64,000 nt of DNA from an uncultured Candidatus Saccharibacteria bacterium (lineage in GTDB: Bacteria; Patescibacteriota; Minisyncoccia; Phycocordibacterales; Zambryskibacteraceae): positions 133,166-197,165 of the forward strand of contig CAYHLZ010000001.1 of assembly GCA_964357635.1 (NCBI GenBank). Direction: 5' to 3'. Shown here piece after piece: positions 19,912 through 28,226 of this stretch. Made by a program: the position numbers and the translations under genes. Each line of letters opens with the position of its first letter. Position 1 is the first letter of the stretch. A model generated the notes under the pieces. That model was given only the letters and a program-made list of their open reading frames with translations, searched no databases and had not been told where the DNA came from.

Positions 19912-20373
19912 ATGAAGATTGCGACACTTGCTATCATTGTTAAGGGTAATAAAGTGCTACTGGGATATAAAAAGAAAGGCGAAATCGGTACAAATACCCT
20001 AAATGGCCCTGGGGGCAAATGTGAGCCAAATGAGTCCCCTATTAACTGCCTCATACGAGAGACTAAGGAGGAGCTAGATATCACTTTGGATGCCAAATAT
20101 CTTGAAAAAATATCTGTAATTACTTTTTTCTTCGCCGGAGTAGCAAGTTTTGAGGTCCATGTGTTCCGCACAGATAGGTTTGAAGGCACCCCAAAAGAGA
20201 CCGCAGACATGATACCTGACTGGTATGACGTCAATAACCTACCCCTAGACAAGATGCTTGAGTCCGACCGCGAGTGGTTTAGTAAAGCAATACGAGGCGA
20301 AAAATTTAACGCCAATGTTTATTACCGCGCCCGCGCCTCCAACTTCGAAAAAATTGAGTTTTTACCTACCTAA
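19912..20373 (+). CDS. NUDIX hydrolase
   Basis: Nudix box 'GGKCEPNESPINCLIRETKEELDI' (GX5EX7REUXEEXGU). Confidence 0.85.
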   Translation: MKIATLAIIVKGNKVLLGYKKKGEIGTNTLNGPGGKCEPNESPINCLIRETKEELDITLDAKYLEKISVITFFFAGVASFEVHVFRTDRFEGTPKETADMIPDWYDVNNLPLDKMLESDREWFSKAIRGEKFNANVYYRARASNFEKIEFLPT

Positions 20374-20383
20374 TTAACCCCCC

Positions 20384-20396
20384 TGTGCGACACCTA
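20384..20396. repeat. 13-bp direct repeat tgtgcgacaccta (copy 2), downstream of the NUDIX gene at the edge of the AT-rich segment
   Basis: Exact copy of 19843..19855. Confidence 0.6.
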
Positions 20397-20403
20397 GATA
20401 TTA

Positions 20404-20646
20404 TCACTCTGCTGAACCACCTTCTACTGATATAACCTTCATATCTTTACTATTCAAATATATTCTCAACCAATCAATAAATTCAGCAGAGGGTTTAATA
20501 TTTAGATGTGGAAATATTTCCTTCCCTGCCGTAGTTAAATCATAGCAATTTGGAAAATGCCAATTATCATCATCTGACTTTGGTTCAATTTTTACAATAA
20601 TTTCACAATATTTAATTGTAAAAATTGAATTTTTTTCACATTCCAA
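20404..20646 (-). CDS. C-terminal continuation of the upstream ORF in another frame (frameshift at the A7 tract). This is either a pseudogene, a phase-variable gene or a sequencing error.
   Basis: 80-aa ORF that overlaps 20592..20646 of the upstream ORF. A one-nucleotide slip in the A7 run fuses the two into a single protein of about 290 aa. Confidence 0.4.
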   Translation of the reverse strand: MECEKNSIFTIKYCEIIVKIEPKSDDDNWHFPNCYDLTTAGKEIFPHLNIKPSAEFIDWLRIYLNSKDMKVISVEGGSAE

Positions 20647-21272
20647 GATCTTGTATAGTCTCCTGCCTGAATTAACCCTAGGTTCTGTAAATCAAGAAAA
20701 TCAGAGTAATCTACATCAAGCTTCAGTCTTAAATTATAAGCATCTTTTTTCATGCTAAAAAAATCAGCCAGAAATCCATGTTCTTTTAAATAAAAACTAC
20801 CAAAGAAAGACATTTTTTCTAATTCTTTTTTACTAAGTGATTTTAAAATTTGTAACGTACTCATGGAATAAGTGCCCGGTTTATTATATTCTCCAGCTAG
20901 TATCTTCGCTATCACTTCTTGCATCTCATCATTTGAAACCGTTTGAGCATGATCTAATAGACCCCAAAAAACATCATTTTCTATTCCAACCTCGCTCTTT
21001 TTCGCTGGATCGATATACCTTGCTACTTTTGTACCAACATTAATCAAGTTAGCACTTGAACGAAAGGTGCTCACATATTGAAGACCCAAACCTTTCCGTT
21101 TGGCTTCTTCAAAACCCTCTAATATTTGTTTTTTCACTACCTCTCCTTGTGCACCCCACTCGCTAACCTTAAAGCCCAATAATTTATCAATTATTGTAGC
21201 GAAAAATGGAGTGCCAGCCACTTTTGTTGAATTGTTAACAGCGGCTGATAAGGCTGAAGTTGGATCAAACAT
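20592..21272 (-). CDS. Hypothetical protein, N-terminal part of a gene split at an A7 tract; AT-rich, compositionally atypical
   Basis: 226-aa ORF with no recognisable motifs. A -10-like TATATT sits 6 nt before the ATG with no SD. The ORF terminates just after the minus-strand 'gtgaaaaaaattc' run at 20630..20636. Confidence 0.5.
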   Translation of the reverse strand: MFDPTSALSAAVNNSTKVAGTPFFATIIDKLLGFKVSEWGAQGEVVKKQILEGFEEAKRKGLGLQYVSTFRSSANLINVGTKVARYIDPAKKSEVGIENDVFWGLLDHAQTVSNDEMQEVIAKILAGEYNKPGTYSMSTLQILKSLSKKELEKMSFFGSFYLKEHGFLADFFSMKKDAYNLRLKLDVDYSDFLDLQNLGLIQAGDYTRSWNVKKIQFLQLNIVKLL

Positions 21273-21350
21273 GCTAAATATAAAAAATTAAAAAGTAATT
21301 CAACACAAAGTCTATCACATTTAATGCCATAATCTCCCTTACAATAACAC

Positions 21351-21377
21351 AAACCCCGCCTTGCGGCGGGGTTTGGT
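21351..21377. terminator. Bidirectional intrinsic terminator aaaCCCCGCCttgcGGCGGGGttt
   Basis: Perfect 7-bp GC stem flanked by A3 and T3-GG-TTT. It lies between the SLT gene and the AT-rich gene. Confidence 0.7.
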
Positions 21378-21384
21378 TTAAGGA

Positions 21385-21792
21385 TTATCTCCTTGCGATT
21401 TCAGATTGGCTGAACTTAGCCCAACAGGCGGATGAGGACATCCAAGGCTTGGCTCCTTGCTTCTCGTAGAGATAACGTGCATATTTCACGTTATCATCAA
21501 GATCATGGACATCCAAACCCATCTCCTCTGCATCCTCGGCGTGATACAAGACGTTAATCTGCATCACTCCTCTGTCAAAGCTATTTTCCTCCCCTCTTAA
21601 GACATTACCTTTAGAGTTGAAGTGACGGTAATGCGACTCGCATCCTGCAATCTTGGCAAGGACGGGAATATCGGCGAAGTAATCATTAATGAATCTTTCA
21701 ATATTCTTAGAATCTGTAATCGGCTGATAGTCTTCTGACTTGACCTCCCTAGGTGCCGGTTCTACCGCCACCACTCTTCCCGTCGGTAACAC
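21385..21792 (-). CDS. Lytic transglycosylase (SLT/lysozyme-like domain), probably secreted. The true start likely lies upstream near 21858 with a non-ATG initiation codon.
   Basis: 'AGCESHYRHF...DRGVMQINVLYH' are the SLT catalytic Glu and GLMQ-type motifs. The in-frame upstream peptide 'LQLTTISLLLSLSSSAVDVL' looks like a signal peptide. Confidence 0.65.
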   Translation of the reverse strand: MLPTGRVVAVEPAPREVKSEDYQPITDSKNIERFINDYFADIPVLAKIAGCESHYRHFNSKGNVLRGEENSFDRGVMQINVLYHAEDAEEMGLDVHDLDDNVKYARYLYEKQGAKPWMSSSACWAKFSQSEIARR

Positions 21793-22080
21793 TAGCGATG
21801 GAATCGCTGGTAATACGTCAACGGCTGAAGACGAAAGGCTTAAAAGAAGACTAATCGTCGTGAGCTGTAAAATAACAGTAGTTTAAACTTCTAATTTTAG
21901 GTTGCCGTGTCCGTAATTCGTCCACGCCGTTGGCGGGATAAACTCTCCTAAATGAAAAGCCAGCACCTGGCTGACTTATTAATATACTAGCACATTAGAG
22001 ACTTGCTGTCAAGAGTTTTGTGTGGTGAAATTTATAAGAAACGGCTCTGTTGAGCCGTATTATGGCCAAAATAACAAAGC

Positions 22081-22488
22081 TTAACGAGGCTTACAATTGG
22101 CTGCTAGGGTGTATCCGGCCGATTCTGCCAAACTAGGGCTCGCAAAGACGATTTTGTTCTCTTCTTTTATCTGTTTGGCGCCGGAACAGTGTAAATAATG
22201 ATATTTTTCTCCATTTTTTGAGACTACTACAGTCTGTGAAGCGTTCACAGGAACCGAAGGAAGCTCTTTTACGGCACTTATGGCAGAAGCAGTGTTTGAA
22301 ACTGTATTTAACGAAGAGTCGTACTCAATCTTTATAGGCTCGCCCTTCCCCATCATGGAGAGTCTGCCAATGCCAAACGAAAGCGTGGCTACCAAGATAA
22401 TGACAAGAGAAAGGAAAAGCTTCTTAAAGAGCGGAAAGCGCTCTACTTCCCCATCCTTGTCATAAGTCACCTCTTCTGATATATTCAT
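22081..22488 (-). CDS. Membrane-anchored hypothetical protein with a C-terminal Ada-like metal-binding-type motif
   Basis: TM helix 'LFLSLVIILVATLSF'. The C-terminal 'GEKYHYLHCSGAKQIKEENKIVFASPSLAESAGYTLAANCKP' resembles the Ada N-terminal Zn-binding arrangement (H/C...N.I.F.S...A..GY...C). Confidence 0.4.
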   Translation of the reverse strand: MNISEEVTYDKDGEVERFPLFKKLFLSLVIILVATLSFGIGRLSMMGKGEPIKIEYDSSLNTVSNTASAISAVKELPSVPVNASQTVVVSKNGEKYHYLHCSGAKQIKEENKIVFASPSLAESAGYTLAANCKPR

Positions 22489-22539
22489 ATGGCTCTAATT
22501 ATACCCTTCGACAAGCTCAGGGTAAATGTTAAAACATTT

Positions 22540-22818
22540 ATGGCACATAAGAAATCAGCAGGTACAAGTAAAAACGGCCGAGATTCCAACCCAAAATACC
22601 TTGGAATTAAGGTTACTCACGGCGCCCTCGCCAAGGTTGGCTCTGTTCTCGTGCGTCAGAGAGGTACCGATGTCCTCCCCGGGAAGAATGTTTCCATGGG
22701 TTCGGACCACACCCTTTTTGCTATCAAAGACGGCAGAGTTTCTCTCACCTATAAAAGAAAGGTTCACTTTGACAACAAAGTTATGAAGAAGAAGGTTATG
22801 AACGTTGTTCCTGCCTAA
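22540..22818 (+). CDS. rpmA: 50S ribosomal protein L27 (C-terminally extended)
   Basis: '[25 protein letters not shown]...[24 protein letters not shown]'. The called ORF start at 22489 is an upstream artefact, and the canonical MAHKK start is at 22540. Confidence 0.88.
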   Translation: MAHKKSAGTSKNGRDSNPKYLGIKVTHGALAKVGSVLVRQRGTDVLPGKNVSMGSDHTLFAIKDGRVSLTYKRKVHFDNKVMKKKVMNVVPA

Positions 22819-23062
22819 ACTTCTCAAGCTCCAAGTGTTTTGCCTCTCGTTTTGATTCCTTTTCTTTAATCTCTTGTTCTAGAATAAGTTTCTTTGCCTC
22901 ACTCTGCTCTTTGAGTTGTTTGACCATAGATTCATTCTGTTTGGTGAACGGGAGAGCAAGTTTTTTTGGTATGAGGAAATTTATGCCGTAACCATCCGAA
23001 ACATTTTTTTCTTCAAATTTTCTGCCCACTCCTTTTACATCCTGTAATAAAATGACTTTCAT
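22796..23062 (-). CDS. rplI: 50S ribosomal protein L9, N-terminal domain plus helix only (88 aa)
   Basis: '[40 protein letters not shown]' matches the L9 N-domain. The C-terminal globular domain is absent. Confidence 0.7.
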   Translation of the reverse strand: MKVILLQDVKGVGRKFEEKNVSDGYGINFLIPKKLALPFTKQNESMVKQLKEQSEAKKLILEQEIKEKESKREAKHLELEKFRQEQRS

Positions 23063-23063
23063 T

Positions 23064-24287
23064 TCATTGTTGTTTCAAAATTTCCAAAGCTTTCGCCATC
23101 TGGGGATCACGCTTGGCTTCCCTATCTTCAACTGTATATTTGACGAGGTGTGTCGGTGTGATACCACCGTCAGAAATGGAGACGCCGTTTGGAGTGAGCC
23201 ATCTTGCAATGGTGACCTTAAGAGAAGTCTCCGAAGTAATGTCCACAAGTTCCTGAACAGAACCTTTGCCAAAAGTTTTATCTCCGACGAGTATTGCTCT
23301 GCCGTGCTCCGCCAGAGCTCCAGCCAAAATTTCTGAGGCAGAAGCTGACCCGCTATCAACGAGTATCACAAACTTTAGGTTGTCGTTGAAGACGTCATAA
23401 CCCTTGCTTCTATAGACCTTCTCCTCATCTCCGGCACCGAAGTCTTCTCTCACGACCACCTTGCTTGAAGGCAGAAACCAGCTTGCCATATCTATGGCAG
23501 CCTCTAGGTATCCACCTGGGTTGTTTCTAAGGTCTAAAATGAGCTTGTCATTTTTAGAAACGATAAATTCTCGCAGTGCCGTGCGGAAAAGGTTTGGCGA
23601 CTGCGCCGAGAAGCTATATAGCTCAATGACAAAGACGCCTCCCGGCAGCTCTTTTGTAGCTATCGTGGGGATGTCTATAACCTCACGCACCACATCTATT
23701 TCAAAAGGTTCTGCAACACCATCTCTAAAGATAGTGAGATTTACTTTTGTCCCCTTCTCTCCGCGGATAAGTTGCACCGCATCCTCTGTTCTAAGGCTGG
23801 CGGTATTCTTGTCGTCAATTTTTATAATTTTATCTCCCGGTAAGATGCCGGCTCGTGCCGCAGGAGAATCCTTCAATGGTGCAACGACAGTGATGGCACC
23901 GTTCTGCGCCAAGATTTCCATCCCAACACCTTCAAAGTTGCCACGGATATCTGCTTCAAAGAGTTCTGCCTCTACTGGTGGGAAAAAGACCGTGTACGGG
24001 TCGCCCAGAGAACTCGTCAAACCTTGGATAGCACCCCAAACTTTTTCTTGGTTGCCAACTGTCTTCGTTGTGGAGGAGGCTGGCACATACTTTTCATTTA
24101 TTAGATTCCAAGCTTTCCAGAATGGTGCGAAGTCAACATTGACGGGCTCTCCCTCCGTCTTGTTTTCTAGACCCTCAACGGAGCGAGTCAAACTCTCTTC
24201 TCCAGAGTTGAAGCCTACTAGGTATGAGCCGACGATGAGAACAAGTCCTAGTGTCAGGAGTGCGGCGTATCTTTTGAAAAATTCCAT
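23064..24287 (-). CDS. ctpA: Carboxyl-terminal processing protease (peptidase S41)
   Basis: N-terminal TM segment and a PDZ domain. '[23 protein letters not shown]' and '[36 protein letters not shown]' are present. Confidence 0.88.
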   Translation of the reverse strand: MEFFKRYAALLTLGLVLIVGSYLVGFNSGEESLTRSVEGLENKTEGEPVNVDFAPFWKAWNLINEKYVPASSTTKTVGNQEKVWGAIQGLTSSLGDPYTVFFPPVEAELFEADIRGNFEGVGMEILAQNGAITVVAPLKDSPAARAGILPGDKIIKIDDKNTASLRTEDAVQLIRGEKGTKVNLTIFRDGVAEPFEIDVVREVIDIPTIATKELPGGVFVIELYSFSAQSPNLFRTALREFIVSKNDKLILDLRNNPGGYLEAAIDMASWFLPSSKVVVREDFGAGDEEKVYRSKGYDVFNDNLKFVILVDSGSASASEILAGALAEHGRAILVGDKTFGKGSVQELVDITSETSLKVTIARWLTPNGVSISDGGITPTHLVKYTVEDREAKRDPQMAKALEILKQQ

Positions 24288-24325
24288 TTAGGAGATTATA
24301 ACATCTTTCCTGTTATAATGAAGCT

Positions 24326-25699
24326 GTGAGTATCAAACTCCACAACACACTCTCTGGCACTCTTGAAGAATTCCGGCCGATAAAGCCCGGTGAGGCTCTC
24401 ATGTATCACTGCGGTCCGACGGTTTACAATTATGCGCACATTGGCAATCTTCGTTCATATGTCTTTGCCGACATCTTGAGACGAACACTAGAATACCTTG
24501 GATTTGAAGTGACTCAAGTTATAAACATTACCGATATTGGTCACCTTACTTCAGATGCCGATACTGGAGACGACAAAATGCTCAAAGGTCTTAAGCGAGA
24601 AGGTTTGGCCATAAGCTTGGAGGGTCTAAAAGAGCTTGGAGACAAGTACGAAGACGCCTTTAAGAAGGACCTTGAGGCTCTAAATATAGAAACACCGCAT
24701 CACTTCCCTAGAGCGACAAAATATCTAAAGCAAGATATAGAGCTGGTGCAAAAGCTTGAACAGCTTGGATTTGCCTACAAACTTGCCGATGGTGTTTACT
24801 TTGATACCGGAAAATTAAAGGATTATGGCAAACTTGGTGGACTCACCCCCACAAGCGAGGCACTTGCTCGTGTGGGTAGCGATGAGAAGAAGAATCCTAG
24901 GGACTTTGTGCTCTGGAAGCTCTCTAAGGACGACCATTTAGGATTTGAAAGTCCGTGGGGTGTGGGCTTCCCCGGCTGGCACTTGGAGTGCTCGGTGATG
25001 TCAAAAGCAATTTTGGGTCAGCCGTTTGACATCCACACTGGTGGGATAGACCACATTCCAGTGCATCACAACAACGAGATTGCTCAATCCGAATCTGCAT
25101 ACAACTCAGCACTTTCAAACTTTTGGTTACATAATGAATTCTTAACACTTGCCGACGGTAAGATGGCAAAGTCAGAAGGTAACGAAATTATTCTAAATAC
25201 TTTGGTAGAAAAAGGATTCTTCCCACTCGCCTACCGCTACTTCCTCCTCATGGCGCACTACAGAACTCCTGTTAATTTTTCCGACACAGCACTTTCTGCT
25301 GCACAGAATGCATATAGGAAACTTAAAGACGTGCTAACTCTCTTACCTAAGGACGGCAAAATTTCTCCTAAATATAAAAAAGATTTTCAAAGTGCACTTG
25401 AAGACGATTTGAACACTCCCGAAGCGCTTTCTCTGGTCTGGGGATTAATAAAGGACGATAGTATCTCTCCCGCCGATAAGCGAGCCACTCTTCTAGACTT
25501 TGACCAAGTGCTTGGGCTCAATCTTTTGAAAAATGAATTCTTGGATATTCCAAAAACTATTTTGGAGTTGGGAGAGAAAAGAAAATTGGCAAAAGAGAAA
25601 GGAAATTTCCAAGAATCAGATAAGATAAGAGAAGAGATAGAGAGTCAAGGCTTTGAAATAAGAGATACGGGTGAGACTTTTGTGATATTTAAACGATAA
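24326..25699 (+). CDS. cysS: Cysteinyl-tRNA synthetase
   Basis: 'MYHCGPTVYNYAHIGNLRSY' HIGH motif, the Zn ligands and the 'KMAKSEGN' KMSKS motif. Confidence 0.92.
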   Translation: MSIKLHNTLSGTLEEFRPIKPGEALMYHCGPTVYNYAHIGNLRSYVFADILRRTLEYLGFEVTQVINITDIGHLTSDADTGDDKMLKGLKREGLAISLEGLKELGDKYEDAFKKDLEALNIETPHHFPRATKYLKQDIELVQKLEQLGFAYKLADGVYFDTGKLKDYGKLGGLTPTSEALARVGSDEKKNPRDFVLWKLSKDDHLGFESPWGVGFPGWHLECSVMSKAILGQPFDIHTGGIDHIPVHHNNEIAQSESAYNSALSNFWLHNEFLTLADGKMAKSEGNEIILNTLVEKGFFPLAYRYFLLMAHYRTPVNFSDTALSAAQNAYRKLKDVLTLLPKDGKISPKYKKDFQSALEDDLNTPEALSLVWGLIKDDSISPADKRATLLDFDQVLGLNLLKNEFLDIPKTILELGEKRKLAKEKGNFQESDKIREEIESQGFEIRDTGETFVIFKR

Positions 25700-25780
25700 T
25701 TTTTAATCCCCAGCTTACTCCCGCTGTTCTCAACAAATTTCCATTTGTAGAAGATAGCCAAAAGTTGCTAAGATGGGGGT

Positions 25781-27199
25781 ATGAAAATTTTGACTCTAGA
25801 CGAAAAAAGCGGTCTCCGTATCCCACCCCATTCTCTCGAAGGCGAGGCAGCCCTTCTTGGCTCTATCATGCTCCGCCCCGATGCTATTTATGAAGTGCTT
25901 GATATCGTTACGCCAAGCTCGTTTTATTTTGAAAAGCACAAAACAATTTTTGAAACCATGCTTGAACTCTTCGGCAAGCATCAGCCGATAGATATCCTCT
26001 CACTCTCTTCTAGACTCAAGGAAAAGGACTTACTGGAACGGGTCGGGGGCGCAACTTTCCTTACCGAACTTTCCTCCGCTGTCCCCTCTTCCGCTAATGC
26101 TAAGCACTATGCAGAAATTGTCATGAAGAAATTTATGATGCGCCAACTCATAGAAGCATCAGAGTTTCTCTCACATCTTGGTTTCAACGAAGCTGGTGAC
26201 TTGGAAGAAATTCTTGACAACGCAGAGAAAAAAGTTTTTGACATCACCGAACGTTTTGCCGGTACTGCTCGTTTCAAAGATCTTGTTCCCCTACTTCACG
26301 AAGCCTTTGACCGTTTTGAAAAACTTTCTTCCTCGGAGCACAAACTCCGCGGAGTGCCGACAGGTTTCAAATCTCTTGACGATATTTTGGGCGGTTTCCA
26401 AAACTCTGACCTTATCATCATCGCTGCTCGTCCTTCTGTCGGTAAAACTGCTCTTGCCCTTGATATTGCTCGCAGGACCGCGAGCCTGCATCAGACACCT
26501 GTGGGCATTTTCTCTCTTGAGATGAGTGCTGACCAGTTGGTAGATAGAATCGTGGCTGCCCAGTCACGCACCGACTCTTCTGTCATTAGAAAAGGTATCA
26601 AGACTCAAACGGGCACTTGGCGTGATGATGTTTTCAAAAATATTCGCGACGCACTTGATGAACTCTCTCGCACCCCAATATATATTGACGACCAAGCCGG
26701 CAACACCATCATGAAGATGCGCTCGGCTGCCCGCAAACTTAAGATTGAAAAAGGACTGAAACTCTTGGTGGTGGACTACCTACAACTAATGGCACCTTCA
26801 ACTGCCCGCGTGAACGACTCCATGGTCCAGCAAGTCACCGAGATTTCTCGCTCACTCAAACACTTGGCACGCGAATTGAATATCCCAGTGGTAGCACTCT
26901 CACAACTTTCTCGCGCCGTTGAGACTCGTGGCGGTAAACCCAAACTCTCCGACCTCAGAGACTCTGGTTCTATAGAACAAGATGCCGACCTTGTGATGTT
27001 TATCCACTCAAACGAAGAAGACATTCGCGACGAGTCAGGCAAGATAAAAGAAGTTCAGAGAAAAGAGCTCATCATCGCCAAGCACAGGAACGGTCCCTTG
27101 GGTGTCGCAACTCTTGACTACCACACCCGCTTCAACACCTTTGTTGAGATAGATTATTCAAACTACGGCAAGGCTGAAGAAGAGTTTAAAAACCTTTAA
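25781..27199 (+). CDS. dnaB: Replicative DNA helicase DnaB
   Basis: 'PHSLEGEAALLGSIML' N-terminal domain. Walker A 'ARPSVGKTALAL' and the RecA-like fold motifs. Confidence 0.92.
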   Translation: MKILTLDEKSGLRIPPHSLEGEAALLGSIMLRPDAIYEVLDIVTPSSFYFEKHKTIFETMLELFGKHQPIDILSLSSRLKEKDLLERVGGATFLTELSSAVPSSANAKHYAEIVMKKFMMRQLIEASEFLSHLGFNEAGDLEEILDNAEKKVFDITERFAGTARFKDLVPLLHEAFDRFEKLSSSEHKLRGVPTGFKSLDDILGGFQNSDLIIIAARPSVGKTALALDIARRTASLHQTPVGIFSLEMSADQLVDRIVAAQSRTDSSVIRKGIKTQTGTWRDDVFKNIRDALDELSRTPIYIDDQAGNTIMKMRSAARKLKIEKGLKLLVVDYLQLMAPSTARVNDSMVQQVTEISRSLKHLARELNIPVVALSQLSRAVETRGGKPKLSDLRDSGSIEQDADLVMFIHSNEEDIRDESGKIKEVQRKELIIAKHRNGPLGVATLDYHTRFNTFVEIDYSNYGKAEEEFKNL

Positions 27200-27201
27200 T
27201 C

Positions 27202-27807
27202 TTGATGAATTCTATAGATAAGCTCTCAGAGATTTTTGCTCGTTTTCCGGGTATTGGCCCAAGGCAGGCCAAGCGCTTTGTCTACTTTCTCCTCTCTAAG
27301 AATGGCGATTATTCCGGTGAAGTTATTAAGGCCATAGAGAACCTCAAGAAAGACATTGTCCAGTGCGAATCTTGCATGCGTTTTTTTGTCGGTAATGGAG
27401 CAAAGAAAAAAGTTTGTTCTATCTGCTCCGATGATACTCGTGACACTTCCATGCTCATGCTTGTGCCAAGAGATATAGACTTTGAAGCGGTAGAGAAAAG
27501 TGGCAGTTATAAAGGACTTTACTTTATCCTCGGTGGCGTGATACCAATTTTAGAAAAAGAACCAGAGAAAAGAATTAAACTAAAAGAACTAGAGAGCCGA
27601 ATCAAGAAGAGTAAAAATCTTAAAGAAATTATTTTAGCCATGAACGCCAATCTTGATGGCGAGAACACTGCCGAATTTATCAAACAAAAGTTTTTACGGA
27701 CGGGCATAACCTTCTCCACTTTAGGCAGAGGTTTATCTACTGGTATAGAACTTGAATACGCTGACCCGGAAACTCTCAAGAACGCATTTCTGCACCGAAC
27801 TAAGTAA
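27202..27807 (+). CDS. recR: Recombination protein RecR
   Basis: 'FARFPGIGPRQAKRFVYFLL' HhH motif, a C4 zinc finger 'CESC...CSICSD' and a Toprim domain. Confidence 0.92.
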   Translation: MMNSIDKLSEIFARFPGIGPRQAKRFVYFLLSKNGDYSGEVIKAIENLKKDIVQCESCMRFFVGNGAKKKVCSICSDDTRDTSMLMLVPRDIDFEAVEKSGSYKGLYFILGGVIPILEKEPEKRIKLKELESRIKKSKNLKEIILAMNANLDGENTAEFIKQKFLRTGITFSTLGRGLSTGIELEYADPETLKNAFLHRTK

Positions 27808-28219
27808 TTGAATCAATCTTCACCTCAAAGTAAGGTTGGCGGTGTCCGTATTTTTTAAAGTAGCGCGACTTCTGTTTGTACTTGATGACGTCAATAGTTT
27901 TGTATCTGCCGATTTTATTTAAAGTAGCATTAACTTCTGCCCCCTTGATGTAAGGCGTGCCGATAGTGGCCGTACTCTTACCATCATCAACCAGAAGCAC
28001 TTTGTCAAAGACAATTTTGTCCCCTTCTTTATGTTCATCACCCAATTTTTCAATCTTAACCAAATCCCCTATACCAACGTGATACTGTTTGCCACCAGTA
28101 GAAAAAACTGCACAAGTGCCATTCTTTTGCGGAACTTCTTTAGTAGCTTTTGCCACCACCTTTTTGACAGGGGTCTTTCTTGGGGCCTTGGCTACCTTGG
28201 GCTCTTTGGCTTTAACCAT
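27800..28219 (-). CDS. rplU: 50S ribosomal protein L21 with a Lys/Ala-rich N-terminal extension
   Basis: 'CAVFSTGGKQYHVGIGDLVKIEKL...KYGHRQPYFEVKI'. Confidence 0.88.
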   Translation of the reverse strand: MVKAKEPKVAKAPRKTPVKKVVAKATKEVPQKNGTCAVFSTGGKQYHVGIGDLVKIEKLGDEHKEGDKIVFDKVLLVDDGKSTATIGTPYIKGAEVNATLNKIGRYKTIDVIKYKQKSRYFKKYGHRQPYFEVKIDSIT

Positions 28220-28226
28220 AGGTTCA

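Noticed and set aside
22489-22539. Longer rpmA ORF starting at 22489 (MALIIPFDKLRVNVKTF...)
   Set aside because: L27 universally begins MAHKK. The in-frame ATG at 22540 gives that N-terminus and leaves a 51-bp promoter region shared with the divergent gene. The upstream extension is rejected.
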